In this document: piece by piece, positions 39,248 to 50,020 of the stretch
Layout of the letters: each line of letters begins with the position of its first letter
How positions within the stretch are numbered: position 1 is the stretch's first letter
DNA from: Candidatus Poribacteria bacterium
Lineage (GTDB): Bacteria > Poribacteria > WGA-4E > WGA-3G
DNA length: 64,000 nt
Direction: 5' to 3'
NCBI GenBank assembly: GCA_964291315.2
Contig: OZ219753.1
Coordinates: 1,408,001 to 1,472,000 of the forward strand
The notes under the pieces: generated by a model
Told to the model about the DNA's origin: nothing
What the model saw: the letters and a program-made list of their open reading frames with translations, nothing else
Database searches by the model: none
Made by a program: the position numbers and the translations under genes

Positions 39248-40300
39248 ATGGCAATAGGATTGGGGGTTATAGGAGTGAACCCTACGAATATGGGATCAAC
39301 GGCGACACTTTTGAAAGATGTACCAGACCTGAAATATGAACTCCGCGGAATGTGTGCAAAGCGGGCAGATGTTTTGGAAAACTATGCAAAACAGATCGGC
39401 GTAAATTTTTGGACAATAGATTACCGCGAACTCGTCGAACGTGAGGATATTTCTGTCATCGCAGTCTATTCCCCCGACCATTTGCACGCTGAACACTGTA
39501 TCGCAGCCATTGAAGCCGGTAAACATGTGGTCTGTACAAAACCGATGGTAACAACACTAGCCGATGCACAATATCTCGTAGATCTTGTCCGCAAACACAA
39601 CGTCAAATTTCTGGTTGGGCAGACGATGCGGTTCGACCTTCAGTTTTTGACAATGAAGCGGTTCTGTGACGATGGCGACTTGGGCGACATCATGGCAGCC
39701 GATGCTCATTATGTCCATGACATGCGCCCTGTCTACGATTTTACACCATGGAGACTTCACGAACCACAAGATTTGATGTTCGGCGGCGTTGTACATCCTG
39801 TTGACATCTTGCGGAGCTTCTTAGGAGATGTCGAAGAAGTCCACGCTTACGGCACAAAGGGGCTCCTCACACCAGAATATCCACTGCGGAATAACTTCTT
39901 TCTCAACCTAAAATTTAAAAGCGGGCAAATTGGAAGAGCAATGGGGCTTTATGACATCGTGCATCCACCCATCCCGATGATGCAAGTCTCAGCCTACGGA
40001 AGCAGAGGTACAATAATTGGCGATTTTACCGATAACAGGGGCGGACATGTGAAACTGATGCTCGACAAAATGCCCGCACGAGAACCTTTGGAGATGACAT
40101 ACCCGCCCGAAGTTGATACAAGCGTCTACGGACACGGGCAGGCAGTTATCCGATATATGCGACATTTTCAGCAGTGCCTTCAAGAAGACATAGAACCGGC
40201 CCCTAATGTGATTGATGGCGCAAAATCTGTCGCTGTCGGGGCCGCAGCATGGGAATCCATTGAGACAGGAAAACCTGTGAAGGTGTTCAACGAATTTTGA
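39248..40300 (+). CDS. Gfo/Idh/MocA oxidoreductase
   Basis: SPDHLHAE, GKHVVCTKP, GQTMRF, H.VD. Confidence 0.9.
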   Translation: MAIGLGVIGVNPTNMGSTATLLKDVPDLKYELRGMCAKRADVLENYAKQIGVNFWTIDYRELVEREDISVIAVYSPDHLHAEHCIAAIEAGKHVVCTKPMVTTLADAQYLVDLVRKHNVKFLVGQTMRFDLQFLTMKRFCDDGDLGDIMAADAHYVHDMRPVYDFTPWRLHEPQDLMFGGVVHPVDILRSFLGDVEEVHAYGTKGLLTPEYPLRNNFFLNLKFKSGQIGRAMGLYDIVHPPIPMMQVSAYGSRGTIIGDFTDNRGGHVKLMLDKMPAREPLEMTYPPEVDTSVYGHGQAVIRYMRHFQQCLQEDIEPAPNVIDGAKSVAVGAAAWESIETGKPVKVFNEF

Positions 40301-40379
40301 TTTTTCGACCTATCAAGTTATGATTAGACCTAGATTTCACCGCTCGCCTTTTCAGTACTGTTAAATTCTCAAATTTTTC

Positions 40380-40470
40380 TTGATTTATTTTTGCCTCTTC
40401 GTGTATAATTTAGGTATGCTTAAATTAATTTCTTGTTATTTCTAATAATTCTGGCACATAGTGCCTAAAA
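40380..40470 (+). promoter_or_regulatory. Promoter with a DtxR/MntR/TroR-type operator
   Basis: TATAAT at 40404-40409 overlapped by the imperfect palindrome AATTTAGGTATGCTTAAATT (40407-40426); second palindrome GGCAC-ATA-GTGCC near 40453-40465; lies directly upstream of a DtxR-family gene. Confidence 0.7.
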
Positions 40471-40552
40471 TTAGGTAGATCGTGAATCTACCACCGACCC
40501 CAAATGGAGGTTTTCACGCATTGCGTGTTTTCCCCACAGATTGGAAAGATCA

Positions 40553-41224
40553 ATGCTTACAAACGCGGCTGAGGACTACCTCAAGTCAATCTACAAGTTG
40601 CAAGAGAAGGACGGCAAGGTTTCAACGGGTATTTTGGCAGCATATCTCGATGTGAAACCCGCATCGGCTACAGGGATGATAAAAAAGTTGGAGACAATGA
40701 ACCTTGTCAGCTACGAGCGTTACCGTGGTGTCACACTGACAGATGCAGGGAAAGCGGTTGCCCTTGAGGTCATAAGGCACCACCGATTGTTGGAGCTTTA
40801 CTTGTTCAAAGCACTCGGTGTTCCGTGGGACGGTGTGCATGCAGAAGCCGAGAAACTAGAACACGTTATTTCCGAAGATATGGAGGCACGCATGGACGAA
40901 TTCCTCGGTTATCCCACTGCCGATCCGCACGGGGCACCGATCCCCGACAAAAACGGCGTTCTAGTACAAACAGAATACGTTCCGATGACCGCCTTAAAGA
41001 ACGGGCAATCTTGTGTGATTGCTGAAGTGAGTGACACCGATCCCGCCTTGCTCCGGCACTTGGGCAGTCTTAATCTTTATCCCGGCACAGCGTTTCAAGT
41101 GAAAGAAGTCGCTCCATTTGAAGGCCCTTTTACTATTAACATTGGCGGTCAACAGGCTGTTATTGGCCGTGAAGCCGCCAGGCATATTTTCGTTGATAAT
41201 GTGCAAGGTACAGATAATATGTAG
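40553..41224 (+). CDS. mntR: DtxR/MntR-family metal-dependent repressor with FeoA domain
   Basis: EDYLKSIY, RHHRLLE.YL, HAEAEKLEH, DPHGAPIP. Confidence 0.88.
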   Translation: MLTNAAEDYLKSIYKLQEKDGKVSTGILAAYLDVKPASATGMIKKLETMNLVSYERYRGVTLTDAGKAVALEVIRHHRLLELYLFKALGVPWDGVHAEAEKLEHVISEDMEARMDEFLGYPTADPHGAPIPDKNGVLVQTEYVPMTALKNGQSCVIAEVSDTDPALLRHLGSLNLYPGTAFQVKEVAPFEGPFTINIGGQQAVIGREAARHIFVDNVQGTDNM

Positions 41225-41239
41225 GCATGTTGTGAGAGC

Positions 41240-42403
41240 ATGCTTATTCTCCATAATAGGACCCTAAAAATGGAAAAAGAGACAAAACCTAATGCTCAAA
41301 CAGTCAAAGTATGGAAACAACATTTGCGAAGCGAGGTGGATGCACGTTTTCTTTACGAAGTTTTCTCCGATCTTGAACCCGACGCTGCCCGGAAAAAGAT
41401 ATTAATCGAACTTGCTGAGGTAGAAGCGCGACATGTGACGCGTTGGCGGGAATTGCTCACGAGGTATAATATAAAGATCAAAGTACAGCGACCCACGTTG
41501 AAGGCACGTTTGATGGCCTGGTATGCTCGCCGGTTTGGCAACACCTTTCCACTCTCGAGGATGCTCGGTGAAGAAGCCAACGAAGTCAAAGACTACCTAA
41601 CGCTTCATAGAAACAGCACATTGATGGACGCTAAGGAGACCGCGCTTGCCTTAGCCAAAGAATCTGCACAACACACAGAAAGTCTCCAAGAGCTTACCGG
41701 CACAAGCCACGAACCGTGGCATAGAACCGAATCCGGTGGCACACTGGGCAACATTGTTTACGGGTTTAACGACGGGTTAACAGCGAACTTCGGATTGGTT
41801 GCCGGTGTTATCGCTGCAACATCAGATATTTCCACTATTCTTGTGACAGGCCTTGTTGGAACCGTAGCAGATGCTTTGTCCATGGGGGCTTCCGGGTACC
41901 TTGCTGCCAAAAGTGAACAAGAAGTCTATGAACACGAAATTAATGTCGAAAAAGATGAGATACGTCTGATGCCGGATATTGAAGAGGACGAACTCGCACT
42001 CATTTACGAGGTACGCGGCTTACTAAAAGATCAAGCGAGACTCCTCGCGCAAGAAGTGATGAGTGACCCCGAGCGGGCATTAGAAGAGAAAATCCAATCC
42101 GAACTGAAGATAGGAGACATACACACAACGCCTTTCAAAGAAGGTTGGATTACTGGACTCGCAACTGCTATCGGCGCTTTTATCCCTGTCGTACCGTTCC
42201 TCGTTACACAAGGCATGAGTGCTATCTGGGTCTCCTTTGCACTTGCGATGGGATCTCACTTTGCTGTCGGGGCCGCGAGAAGCCTCTTCACGGGGCGCAC
42301 CTTAATTCGGAGTGGGTTTGACATGTTTGTTGTAGGACTCGGCGTTGCAGGAGTCGGCTACCTCGTTGGCGAATTTTTAGAACACTTTTTCTTCGGGAAC
42401 TAA
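41240..42403 (+). CDS. VIT1/CCC1 transporter with an N-terminal rubrerythrin/ferritin-like domain
   Basis: E...Y..LAE.E..H N-terminal domain; VYGFNDGL, ALSMGASGYLA.KSE. Start may be ATG 41270. Confidence 0.88.
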   Translation: MLILHNRTLKMEKETKPNAQTVKVWKQHLRSEVDARFLYEVFSDLEPDAARKKILIELAEVEARHVTRWRELLTRYNIKIKVQRPTLKARLMAWYARRFGNTFPLSRMLGEEANEVKDYLTLHRNSTLMDAKETALALAKESAQHTESLQELTGTSHEPWHRTESGGTLGNIVYGFNDGLTANFGLVAGVIAATSDISTILVTGLVGTVADALSMGASGYLAAKSEQEVYEHEINVEKDEIRLMPDIEEDELALIYEVRGLLKDQARLLAQEVMSDPERALEEKIQSELKIGDIHTTPFKEGWITGLATAIGAFIPVVPFLVTQGMSAIWVSFALAMGSHFAVGAARSLFTGRTLIRSGFDMFVVGLGVAGVGYLVGEFLEHFFFGN

Positions 42404-42407
42404 AATT

Positions 42408-43373
42408 ATGCACAAAATATACTTTGCATTCTGCCTACTGGTGCTTTTTATAGGAACAAGTTGTGACCCAAAAGGAAAACCGGATACACCGGCTGCTGGG
42501 AAATACCGCGTTGTCACAACTATAGGAATGATTACTGATATTGTTAAGAATGTTGGGGGAGATCGCATCGAAGTGATAGGGTTGATGGGGCCGGGCGTGG
42601 ATCCTCATCTCTACAAGGCAAGCGCAGGCGATGTTCAGAAACTCCATTCGGCAAGTCTCATTTTCTATAACGGGTTACACCTTGAGGGAAAAATGGGAGA
42701 CCTCCTTGCGAAAATGCCGGGAACTACCAGAACCGTTGCCGTAACAGATGCCGTTGATCGGAGCCTACTCCTAACACCCCCAGAATTTGAGGGCCAATAC
42801 GACCCCCACTTGTGGTTTGATGTAATGCTCTGGATGAAAGCAGTCGGAAAAGTTCGAGATGCTCTGAATGAACTAGATCCCGACGGGGCTTTAGCATACC
42901 GGAGTAATGCCGAACGCTACACTGCGAAGCTTGCGGAGCTCCATGAGTACGTAAAGAGACAGGCGGCACGCGTACCGTCCGAGCAACGGGTACTCGTCAC
43001 AGCACACGACGCTTTTAACTACTTCGGGAAAGCTTACGGATTCGAAGTGCGCGGCCTACAAGGAATTAGTACAGCGACAGAAGCAGGGATTGCTGATGTA
43101 CAGACGTTAGCGGCCTTCGTTGCCGAGAGACGCATCCCCGCAATCTTTGTGGAATCCTCGGTCTCTTCGAGGAGCCTTGAAGCCGTGAAAGCTGCTGTGA
43201 AATCAAAAGGGTTTGATGTGGAAATTGGCGGAGAACTTTTCTCCGATGCTATGGGAGATGAAGGAACACCTGCGGGCACCTATATTGGGATGGTACGCCA
43301 CAATATTGATACAATTGTACAGGCATTGATAGGAGAATCAAGCACACGCACTTCTTCCACAGTAGGGGATTAA
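42408..43373 (+). CDS. Mn/Zn/Fe ABC transporter substrate-binding lipoprotein (TroA/MntA)
   Basis: Lipobox GTSC; [29 protein letters not shown]. Confidence 0.92.
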   Translation: MHKIYFAFCLLVLFIGTSCDPKGKPDTPAAGKYRVVTTIGMITDIVKNVGGDRIEVIGLMGPGVDPHLYKASAGDVQKLHSASLIFYNGLHLEGKMGDLLAKMPGTTRTVAVTDAVDRSLLLTPPEFEGQYDPHLWFDVMLWMKAVGKVRDALNELDPDGALAYRSNAERYTAKLAELHEYVKRQAARVPSEQRVLVTAHDAFNYFGKAYGFEVRGLQGISTATEAGIADVQTLAAFVAERRIPAIFVESSVSSRSLEAVKAAVKSKGFDVEIGGELFSDAMGDEGTPAGTYIGMVRHNIDTIVQALIGESSTRTSSTVGD

Positions 43374-43374
43374 A

Positions 43375-44118
43375 TTGCAAGCACTTGAAACAAAGGCCAT
43401 TGAAGTAACAGATCTGACGATTGCCTATCAGGATAAACCTGTCTTATGGGATATCGATTTTGATGTCCCGCCAGGGGTCCTGTTAGCGATCGTTGGTCCG
43501 AACGGTGCAGGTAAAACGACCTTGATCAAAGCGATCTTAGGGCTGGTCCGCCCTGCATCAGGGAACGTCCTAATTTACAACAAACCTTATGAGATGCAGC
43601 GGAGAATAGTCGGTTACGTTCCACAACGCGGCACAGTTGACTGGGATTTCCCGACAAACGTCTTGGATATCGTGATGATGGGGCGCTATGGGGCCCTCGG
43701 ATGGATACGGCGCCCCGGAAAGCCGGAGCGCGAGCTCGCTAGACACGCCTTAGCGAAAGTAGGTATGGAGGCGTATACGACTCGGCAGATAAGTCAACTC
43801 TCCGGCGGCCAACAACAGCGTGTTTTCCTGGCTCGCGCACTCGTTCAAGATGCTACGGTGTACTTGATGGATGAACCTTTTCAAGGAGTGGATGCCACAA
43901 CGGAGCGCGCAATCATAACCTTGCTTCAGGAACTCCGAGCGAGTGGAAAAACCGTCGTTGTAGTGCATCACGACCTGCAGACTGTGGAAGACTATTTCGA
44001 TTGGGTGATGTTATTAAATATTCGACGCATTGCCAGCGGTCCCGTTCCGGAGACGTTCACGTCTGACAACCTGCGTGAAACTTACGGTGGGCGTGTCGCA
44101 TTTATAAAGAATGAGTAA
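43375..44118 (+). CDS. Mn/Zn ABC transporter ATPase (TroB)
   Basis: [40 protein letters not shown]. Confidence 0.93.
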   Translation: MQALETKAIEVTDLTIAYQDKPVLWDIDFDVPPGVLLAIVGPNGAGKTTLIKAILGLVRPASGNVLIYNKPYEMQRRIVGYVPQRGTVDWDFPTNVLDIVMMGRYGALGWIRRPGKPERELARHALAKVGMEAYTTRQISQLSGGQQQRVFLARALVQDATVYLMDEPFQGVDATTERAIITLLQELRASGKTVVVVHHDLQTVEDYFDWVMLLNIRRIASGPVPETFTSDNLRETYGGRVAFIKNE

Positions 44119-44192
44119 ATACAGCGGATAAATTTTGGGTAGGATCGGTTTTCAAACGAGATTCCCATACGCCTTGTCCGCTCTAATCGATT

Positions 44193-45131
44193 ATGGAAGC
44201 TTTGAACATTCTGAGCCGCTTTGATTATACACTCATGATCGTCGCCGTCGGCGCTGCACTGCTCGGGGCCGTGAGCGGCGCGCTCGGCACTTATGCGGTT
44301 CTACGCCGACAGAGTCTTCTCGGTGACGCTATCTCACACGCCGCACTGCCCGGTATCTCCCTGGCGTTTCTGCTCACAGGAAGCAAGACACCGCTGATTC
44401 TCGTACTCGGTGCAGCAATCGCAGGATGGTTGGGCACACTGCTCATTATGGCGGTTGTAAGCATGACACGTATTAAGTACGATAGCGCACTCGGTATTGT
44501 CCTTTCCACTTTTTTCGGATTTGGTCTTGTACTCCATACCCTGATTCAACGCACCGGCAATGCGAATCAAGCGGGCTTAGATACCTTTCTCTTTGGACAA
44601 GCCGCCACAATCTTAGAACGCGATGTGTTGACAATAGGGGGACTCGGTGGTGTCGCAATCACTGTTATGTTTATCTTTTGGAAAGAGTTGAAGTTGTTGG
44701 TTTTCGATGAAGGTTTCGCTGCATCGCTCGGTTTACCGACCCGCACCCTTGACGCCTTGCTCACGAGCCTCCTTGTCATAGCGATCGTTCTAGGGCTGCA
44801 AGCGGTCGGTGCAGTGTTGATGAGTGCGATGTTGGTCGCGCCTGCAGTTGCTGCACGCCAGTGGACAGACAGACTCAGTGTGATGATGCTTCTTGCTGCA
44901 TGTTTTGGCGCACTCGCTGGAGTCAGTGGAACTGTTATTAGCAGTCGAGCTGAGCGTATCCCGACCGGGCCAACCATTGTCCTATGTGCCACAGCTATCG
45001 TGGCGGTCTCAATCGCTTTTGCCTCAAACCGCGGACTTCTATGGGATTGGATACGTCAGCAACGGAATAAGCGAAACTTGAAAATGCCAACGGATGGACT
45101 ATTGAAACAACCGCAACCAGGGGACGATTAG
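44193..45131 (+). CDS. Mn/Zn ABC transporter permease (TroC)
   Basis: LRRQSLLGDAISHAALPG, FLFGQAA, AARQWT. Confidence 0.92.
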   Translation: MEALNILSRFDYTLMIVAVGAALLGAVSGALGTYAVLRRQSLLGDAISHAALPGISLAFLLTGSKTPLILVLGAAIAGWLGTLLIMAVVSMTRIKYDSALGIVLSTFFGFGLVLHTLIQRTGNANQAGLDTFLFGQAATILERDVLTIGGLGGVAITVMFIFWKELKLLVFDEGFAASLGLPTRTLDALLTSLLVIAIVLGLQAVGAVLMSAMLVAPAVAARQWTDRLSVMMLLAACFGALAGVSGTVISSRAERIPTGPTIVLCATAIVAVSIAFASNRGLLWDWIRQQRNKRNLKMPTDGLLKQPQPGDD

Positions 45132-45138
45132 GAAGCAG

Positions 45139-46248
45139 ATGCTACAAAGTCAACTCGAAATCCAACTCATTGCAATCGTCACTGCGGTGGCATGCGCTTT
45201 GCCCGGAGTCTACTTAGTCCTGCGACGGATGACCTTAATGAGCGATGCCATTAGTCACGCTATTCTCCCGGGGATTGTGCTTGCCTTCTTTCTCACTGAA
45301 AGCCTGTCCTCACCGCTTCTGATCCTCGCTGCTGCGGGTACTGGCGTACTGACAGTCATTTTCGTTGAATTGCTACAAGGTATAAAGCTTGTAAAAGAGG
45401 ACGCAGCAATTGGATTAACATTCCCCGCCCTTTTCAGTGTCGGGGTAATTCTGATTTCTCGCTTCGCCGGTAACGTTCATTTAGATATGGATGCCGTTCT
45501 CCTCGGGGAACTCGCTTATGCCCCGCTCAACCGATTGGAGATTTCAGGATACAATATGGGCCCCGTTTCTCTTTATGTAATGGCTGGAATCCTTGCGCTG
45601 AACCTCACCTTTATTCTGCTGTTCTACAAAGAATTGAAGCTCGCAACGTTTGACGCAAGCTTAGCGGCTACATTAGGATTTGCACCTGCCTTGATTCACT
45701 ACGGTTTGATGACTCTGGTGTCTGTTACGACCGTGGGGGCGTTTGATGCCGTCGGTTCGATATTAGTTGTCGCACTTATTGCTGGACCATCCGCTACTGC
45801 TTACCTGATGACAGACAAACTCTCACGCATGCTTATTCTCAGCGCCATCATCGGAAGTGTGAATGCTGTCAGTGGCTATTGGCTAGCGTATCTCTTTGAT
45901 GTCTCAATCGCAGGGGCGATTGCAACGATGACCCTTCTCATATTCGGATTGGTTTTTCTGATCGTTCCTAACCGCGGTCTTATTGCGATTGCGCGTAGAC
46001 ATGCACGCCAGAGATGGGAATTTGCCCAAACGATGCTGGTTATCCATCTCCTCAATCACGAAGGACTTCCCGAGGCAGAAGAGGAGTCCGCACTAGCAAA
46101 CCTTCATGAGCATCTCAGCTGGGATCCCGCATTCGCAAACCGAGTTGTGAAAATCGCTCTGCATAACCGATGTGTTACCCAGCAAGAGACACAGTTGGTT
46201 TTAACGGAACGCGGACGTTCTATAGCGAGGCAAACACTCGTGCAATAA
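45139..46248 (+). CDS. Mn/Zn ABC transporter permease (TroD) with a C-terminal winged-helix-like tail
   Basis: DAISHAILPG, VHLD.DAVLLGE, AFDAVG.ILV; tail ending LTERGR. Confidence 0.9.
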   Translation: MLQSQLEIQLIAIVTAVACALPGVYLVLRRMTLMSDAISHAILPGIVLAFFLTESLSSPLLILAAAGTGVLTVIFVELLQGIKLVKEDAAIGLTFPALFSVGVILISRFAGNVHLDMDAVLLGELAYAPLNRLEISGYNMGPVSLYVMAGILALNLTFILLFYKELKLATFDASLAATLGFAPALIHYGLMTLVSVTTVGAFDAVGSILVVALIAGPSATAYLMTDKLSRMLILSAIIGSVNAVSGYWLAYLFDVSIAGAIATMTLLIFGLVFLIVPNRGLIAIARRHARQRWEFAQTMLVIHLLNHEGLPEAEEESALANLHEHLSWDPAFANRVVKIALHNRCVTQQETQLVLTERGRSIARQTLVQ

Positions 46249-46304
46249 GTATCCGGTAAATCTTGTGTGGACAACGCAACAAGTGTACAAGAAAGGCATT
46301 TAAA

Positions 46305-48626
46305 ATGCATATAAAGAAACATAAAGTGAATCAGTATAGGTCTGTATGTTGTGCCCAGAAGGTATTTTTAGGGTGTGTTGCCCTTCTCTTTTTTGCAGGA
46401 GGGGCAAATGCCGATGAGGCAACACTCAAGAACCCAGACGGGTCATGGAAGTGGACGAATCGCCTCATCCATGAAACCAGCCCCTACCTGCTACTCCATG
46501 CCCATAATCCAGTAGATTGGTATCCATGGGGGGCTGAAGCATTCACGCGTGCGAAAAAAGATAACAAGCTAATTTTTCTTTCTGTCGGTTACTCCACTTG
46601 CTATTGGTGTCATGTCATGGAGCGTGAGGTGTTCTCGAACCCAGAAATCGCAGAAATGATGAATAGAGACTTCGTAAATATTAAAATTGATCGGGAAGAG
46701 CGTCCAGACCTCGACGAAATTTATATGACTGCAACACAATTGCTAACGCAGCGAGGCGGATGGCCCAATTCCGTTTTTCTCACGCCTGATCTGAAGCCGT
46801 TTTATGCCGGCACCTATTTCCCACCAACTGACATGCCCGGCAGACCAGGGTTTCCAACCATCCTTGAGGCTGTGCATGAAGCATGGATTACACGAAAGGC
46901 AGAAGTTATCGAATCCGCCAATCAGATTTCAGAAACCATTGAGATGGCAACGAACAAAGGCTTCATTTCACTGACCGCCAAACCGCCTAACAGATCCCTG
47001 ATTACTGGCGCATTAGATCACCTCCGAACGACTTATAGTCACCTCTACGGTGGATTTGGCAATGCGCCGAAATTTCCAAGCCCCGCGAACCTTGAACTTT
47101 TGCTGAATGAATATGAACGCAACCATGATCCGTTCTTGTTGGAAATGGCGATGCATACATTGGATATGATGGCTTACGGTGGAATGTATGACCAGATTGG
47201 AGGCGGGTTTCACCGGTATTCCGTTGACGCAAAATGGATCGTTCCGCATTTTGAGAAGATGCTTTACGACAACGCACAACTGGCAAAAGTATATCTCCGG
47301 GCTTATCGGTTAACCGAGGAAACACGCTATCGACGCATTGCTGAAGAGATTTTCGGTTTCGTTTTTCGAGAAATGACGGCACCCGAAGGTGGATTCTATT
47401 CAGCCTTGGACGCTGAGACAGATGCCGAGGAAGGGAAATATTACGTCTGGACCGCCGATGAGATTCAGAAGACTCTCACGAAAAAAGAGATGGAACGTTT
47501 CTCAAACGTTTACGGTGTAGATAAGGGCCCCAATTTTGAAGAGAAGAATGTTCTCTATGTCCCAGGAGGAGTCGCTGCTGAAGATGATCTGAGATCGGTT
47601 GCATCTGCACGGGAAAAACTCCTGACGACACGCGCACAGCGGGAATATCCGTTATTGGATACAAAGATCATTGTCAATTGGAACGGTCTGATGATAGACG
47701 CGCTCGCTTACGGGTACTATGTGCTTGGTGAGAAACGTTATCTCACCGCCGCCTCAAAAACCGCACAGTTTATTCTTAACACCTTGAGAAAACCTAACGG
47801 AGAATTGTGGCATACCTATACCGCCGGTATTGCAAAGCAGGATGCGTATCTTGATGACTACGCTTTTTTTGTCAAGGGCTTGCTAGGGCTGTATCATGCT
47901 GCAGGTGAGGAGAAATGGTTGCATTCAGCCAAGGCACTCACCGATACGATGATTCAACTTTTTTGGGATGCCAAAAATGGAGGCTTCTATTACACAAAGG
48001 CAGACGCGAAATACCTTATTGTCCGAACCAAAAAACCTTATGATTCAGCAATCCCCTCCGGCAATGCCGTCGCTGTCGAAAACCTTACGGAATTTGGAAA
48101 AGACTATCTCGATTATGCTGAAAAAACGTTGCACACCTTTGCCGAGTCTATGTCACAGGCCCCCTCGTCTTTCATGTATATGCTCTTTGCACTCAACCAA
48201 TACCTGACCTTAGAAGAAAGGGCCACCTCCGGGGCAGCACCGATCGTGGATGTGACTGCTCAAGTTAAATCGCTAAAAGGTGAAATACTAAATGTAGAAC
48301 TCCTTCTCAACATCGATGCCGGTTGGCATATTAACGCCAATCCAGCAGGTCAAGAGCACTTGATACCGACAACCCTGGCAGTGGATACAGATAGCCCCGT
48401 AGAAATTCTTGATATAACGTATCCTATAGGTAGGACTGCGCGTTTTGGATTTAACGATCAAGTCTTGAAGGTTTATGAAGGCATCCTGATGATTAGACTA
48501 AAACTGAAGCTGAATTCAAATTACAAGAAGAACACTCCACTTACTCTGCAACTCACCTACCAGCCTTGTAATGAGACGGAGTGTTTATTACCACAAACCT
48601 TAGACGTTCCATTGGACGTACCCTAA
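46305..48626 (+). CDS. YyaL/SPATA20-like thioredoxin-domain (DUF255) protein with a C-terminal DsbD-N-like domain
   Basis: [45 protein letters not shown]; GWHINANP...YQPC...CL.P. Confidence 0.9.
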   Translation: MHIKKHKVNQYRSVCCAQKVFLGCVALLFFAGGANADEATLKNPDGSWKWTNRLIHETSPYLLLHAHNPVDWYPWGAEAFTRAKKDNKLIFLSVGYSTCYWCHVMEREVFSNPEIAEMMNRDFVNIKIDREERPDLDEIYMTATQLLTQRGGWPNSVFLTPDLKPFYAGTYFPPTDMPGRPGFPTILEAVHEAWITRKAEVIESANQISETIEMATNKGFISLTAKPPNRSLITGALDHLRTTYSHLYGGFGNAPKFPSPANLELLLNEYERNHDPFLLEMAMHTLDMMAYGGMYDQIGGGFHRYSVDAKWIVPHFEKMLYDNAQLAKVYLRAYRLTEETRYRRIAEEIFGFVFREMTAPEGGFYSALDAETDAEEGKYYVWTADEIQKTLTKKEMERFSNVYGVDKGPNFEEKNVLYVPGGVAAEDDLRSVASAREKLLTTRAQREYPLLDTKIIVNWNGLMIDALAYGYYVLGEKRYLTAASKTAQFILNTLRKPNGELWHTYTAGIAKQDAYLDDYAFFVKGLLGLYHAAGEEKWLHSAKALTDTMIQLFWDAKNGGFYYTKADAKYLIVRTKKPYDSAIPSGNAVAVENLTEFGKDYLDYAEKTLHTFAESMSQAPSSFMYMLFALNQYLTLEERATSGAAPIVDVTAQVKSLKGEILNVELLLNIDAGWHINANPAGQEHLIPTTLAVDTDSPVEILDITYPIGRTARFGFNDQVLKVYEGILMIRLKLKLNSNYKKNTPLTLQLTYQPCNETECLLPQTLDVPLDVP

Positions 48627-48780
48627 TTTGCACGCGAATAGCCGTATCGGTTTTCTTAAGTAAATTGTTTTGACGATTAGCCGTTTGTCTAATGTACTGA
48701 AAGCTACACCAATCTTTGCAGCCCAGTGTGGCTGAAGCCATAGGTCTCTTTCCGAAAAAATCTGGTGTATTTTGTAATCT

Positions 48781-49692
48781 ATGCGATCAACGAATCAAAC
48801 TCTTACTGTGGTTGAAGACCTTAAGGTGGGACATGCTACCAATACAATTGCCCGGACCGGGTGTACTGTTATCCTCTGCCCAACGGGGGCAACAGCGGGG
48901 GTTGATGTGCGCGGGGGTGCCCCCGGCACACGCGAGACAGAAGCACTCCGCTCCGGGCGCTTGGTCACAAAAGCACATGCCGTGTTACTCACAGGTGGAA
49001 GCGCCTTCGGCCTAGACGCTGCAGGCGGGGTCGTTCAATATCTTGAAGAACGGCACATTGGGTTTTCTGCTGGCACTCTCCGTATTCCGATCGTTCCAGC
49101 AGCTGTTATCTTTGATTTAGGGGTCGGTGACGCAGCTATCCGTCCAGATCGAGAAATGGGCTATCAAGCGTGTCTGAATGCTACCGATGCCCCCGTCGAA
49201 ATGGGCCCCGTCGGTGCGGGAACAGGAGCCACAGTCGGTAAAGCTCCGGGGGTTATATCTTCTGTCGGCGGGGTCGGTTCAGCGTGCATTCGTTTCGATT
49301 CGGACCTGATCGTCGCTGCTCTTATGGTTGTGAATGCCCTTGGAAACGTTGTGTATCCCGGAAACGGTGAAATTGCCGCCGGCGGAAAAGAAGACGGCAA
49401 TTTCGTGGACATTACCGAACGGATTTTAGATGCCAATCTAGTCCCTGGAACAAACACAACTATCGGAGTCGTTGCAACCAACGCCACACTCGCACCTGCA
49501 GAAGTGAATCGGGTTGCAGAGATGGCACACGATGGCCTAGCGCGTGCGATTCGTCCAGCACATACTATGTTTGATGGCGATACGCTTTTTGCTCTTGCCA
49601 CAGGATCACATGCTGGAACCGGTGTGAATACCGTCGGTATGCTCGCTGCGGAAGTCGTAGCAACAGCAATCGTTAACGCAGTGACCGTCTAA
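48781..49692 (+). CDS. Peptidase S58 (DmpA/P1 family)
   Basis: DVRGGAPGTRET, LTGGSAFGL, GAGTGA, NTTIGVVATNA, HTMFDGD. Confidence 0.92.
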   Translation: MRSTNQTLTVVEDLKVGHATNTIARTGCTVILCPTGATAGVDVRGGAPGTRETEALRSGRLVTKAHAVLLTGGSAFGLDAAGGVVQYLEERHIGFSAGTLRIPIVPAAVIFDLGVGDAAIRPDREMGYQACLNATDAPVEMGPVGAGTGATVGKAPGVISSVGGVGSACIRFDSDLIVAALMVVNALGNVVYPGNGEIAAGGKEDGNFVDITERILDANLVPGTNTTIGVVATNATLAPAEVNRVAEMAHDGLARAIRPAHTMFDGDTLFALATGSHAGTGVNTVGMLAAEVVATAIVNAVTV

Positions 49693-50020
49693 ATGGATAT
49701 TCCTTGCACGGTTTCTACACTCTCAATACCGAATGCATTTGGAACTGCCGGGGGCAATGCTTTACAAACGCTATGAACCCGCCTATTTCCCCTCTCCGCA
49801 AGGTTACAAGCTTCGGGCCGGGGGCGTTCTTGTACAGATAGATGCCGCTATGTCCGACACCTCCAACTGGACGCGAAAAGAAATTACCGAAGTAGAGGAT
49901 GATATCCGGCGGAATATTTCACATTCCCGATAAACTGCTTCAGGTTTGAATACACGGGTGTTGATCTTATGTCCTGCTGCCTGATTTAATAAGGCCCGGT
50001 TTCTGCATCGGTAAAACGTC

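Noticed and set aside
49733-49933. 66-aa ORF after the S58 peptidase
   Set aside because: No clear RBS or motif; it may be a gene remnant but this cannot be supported.
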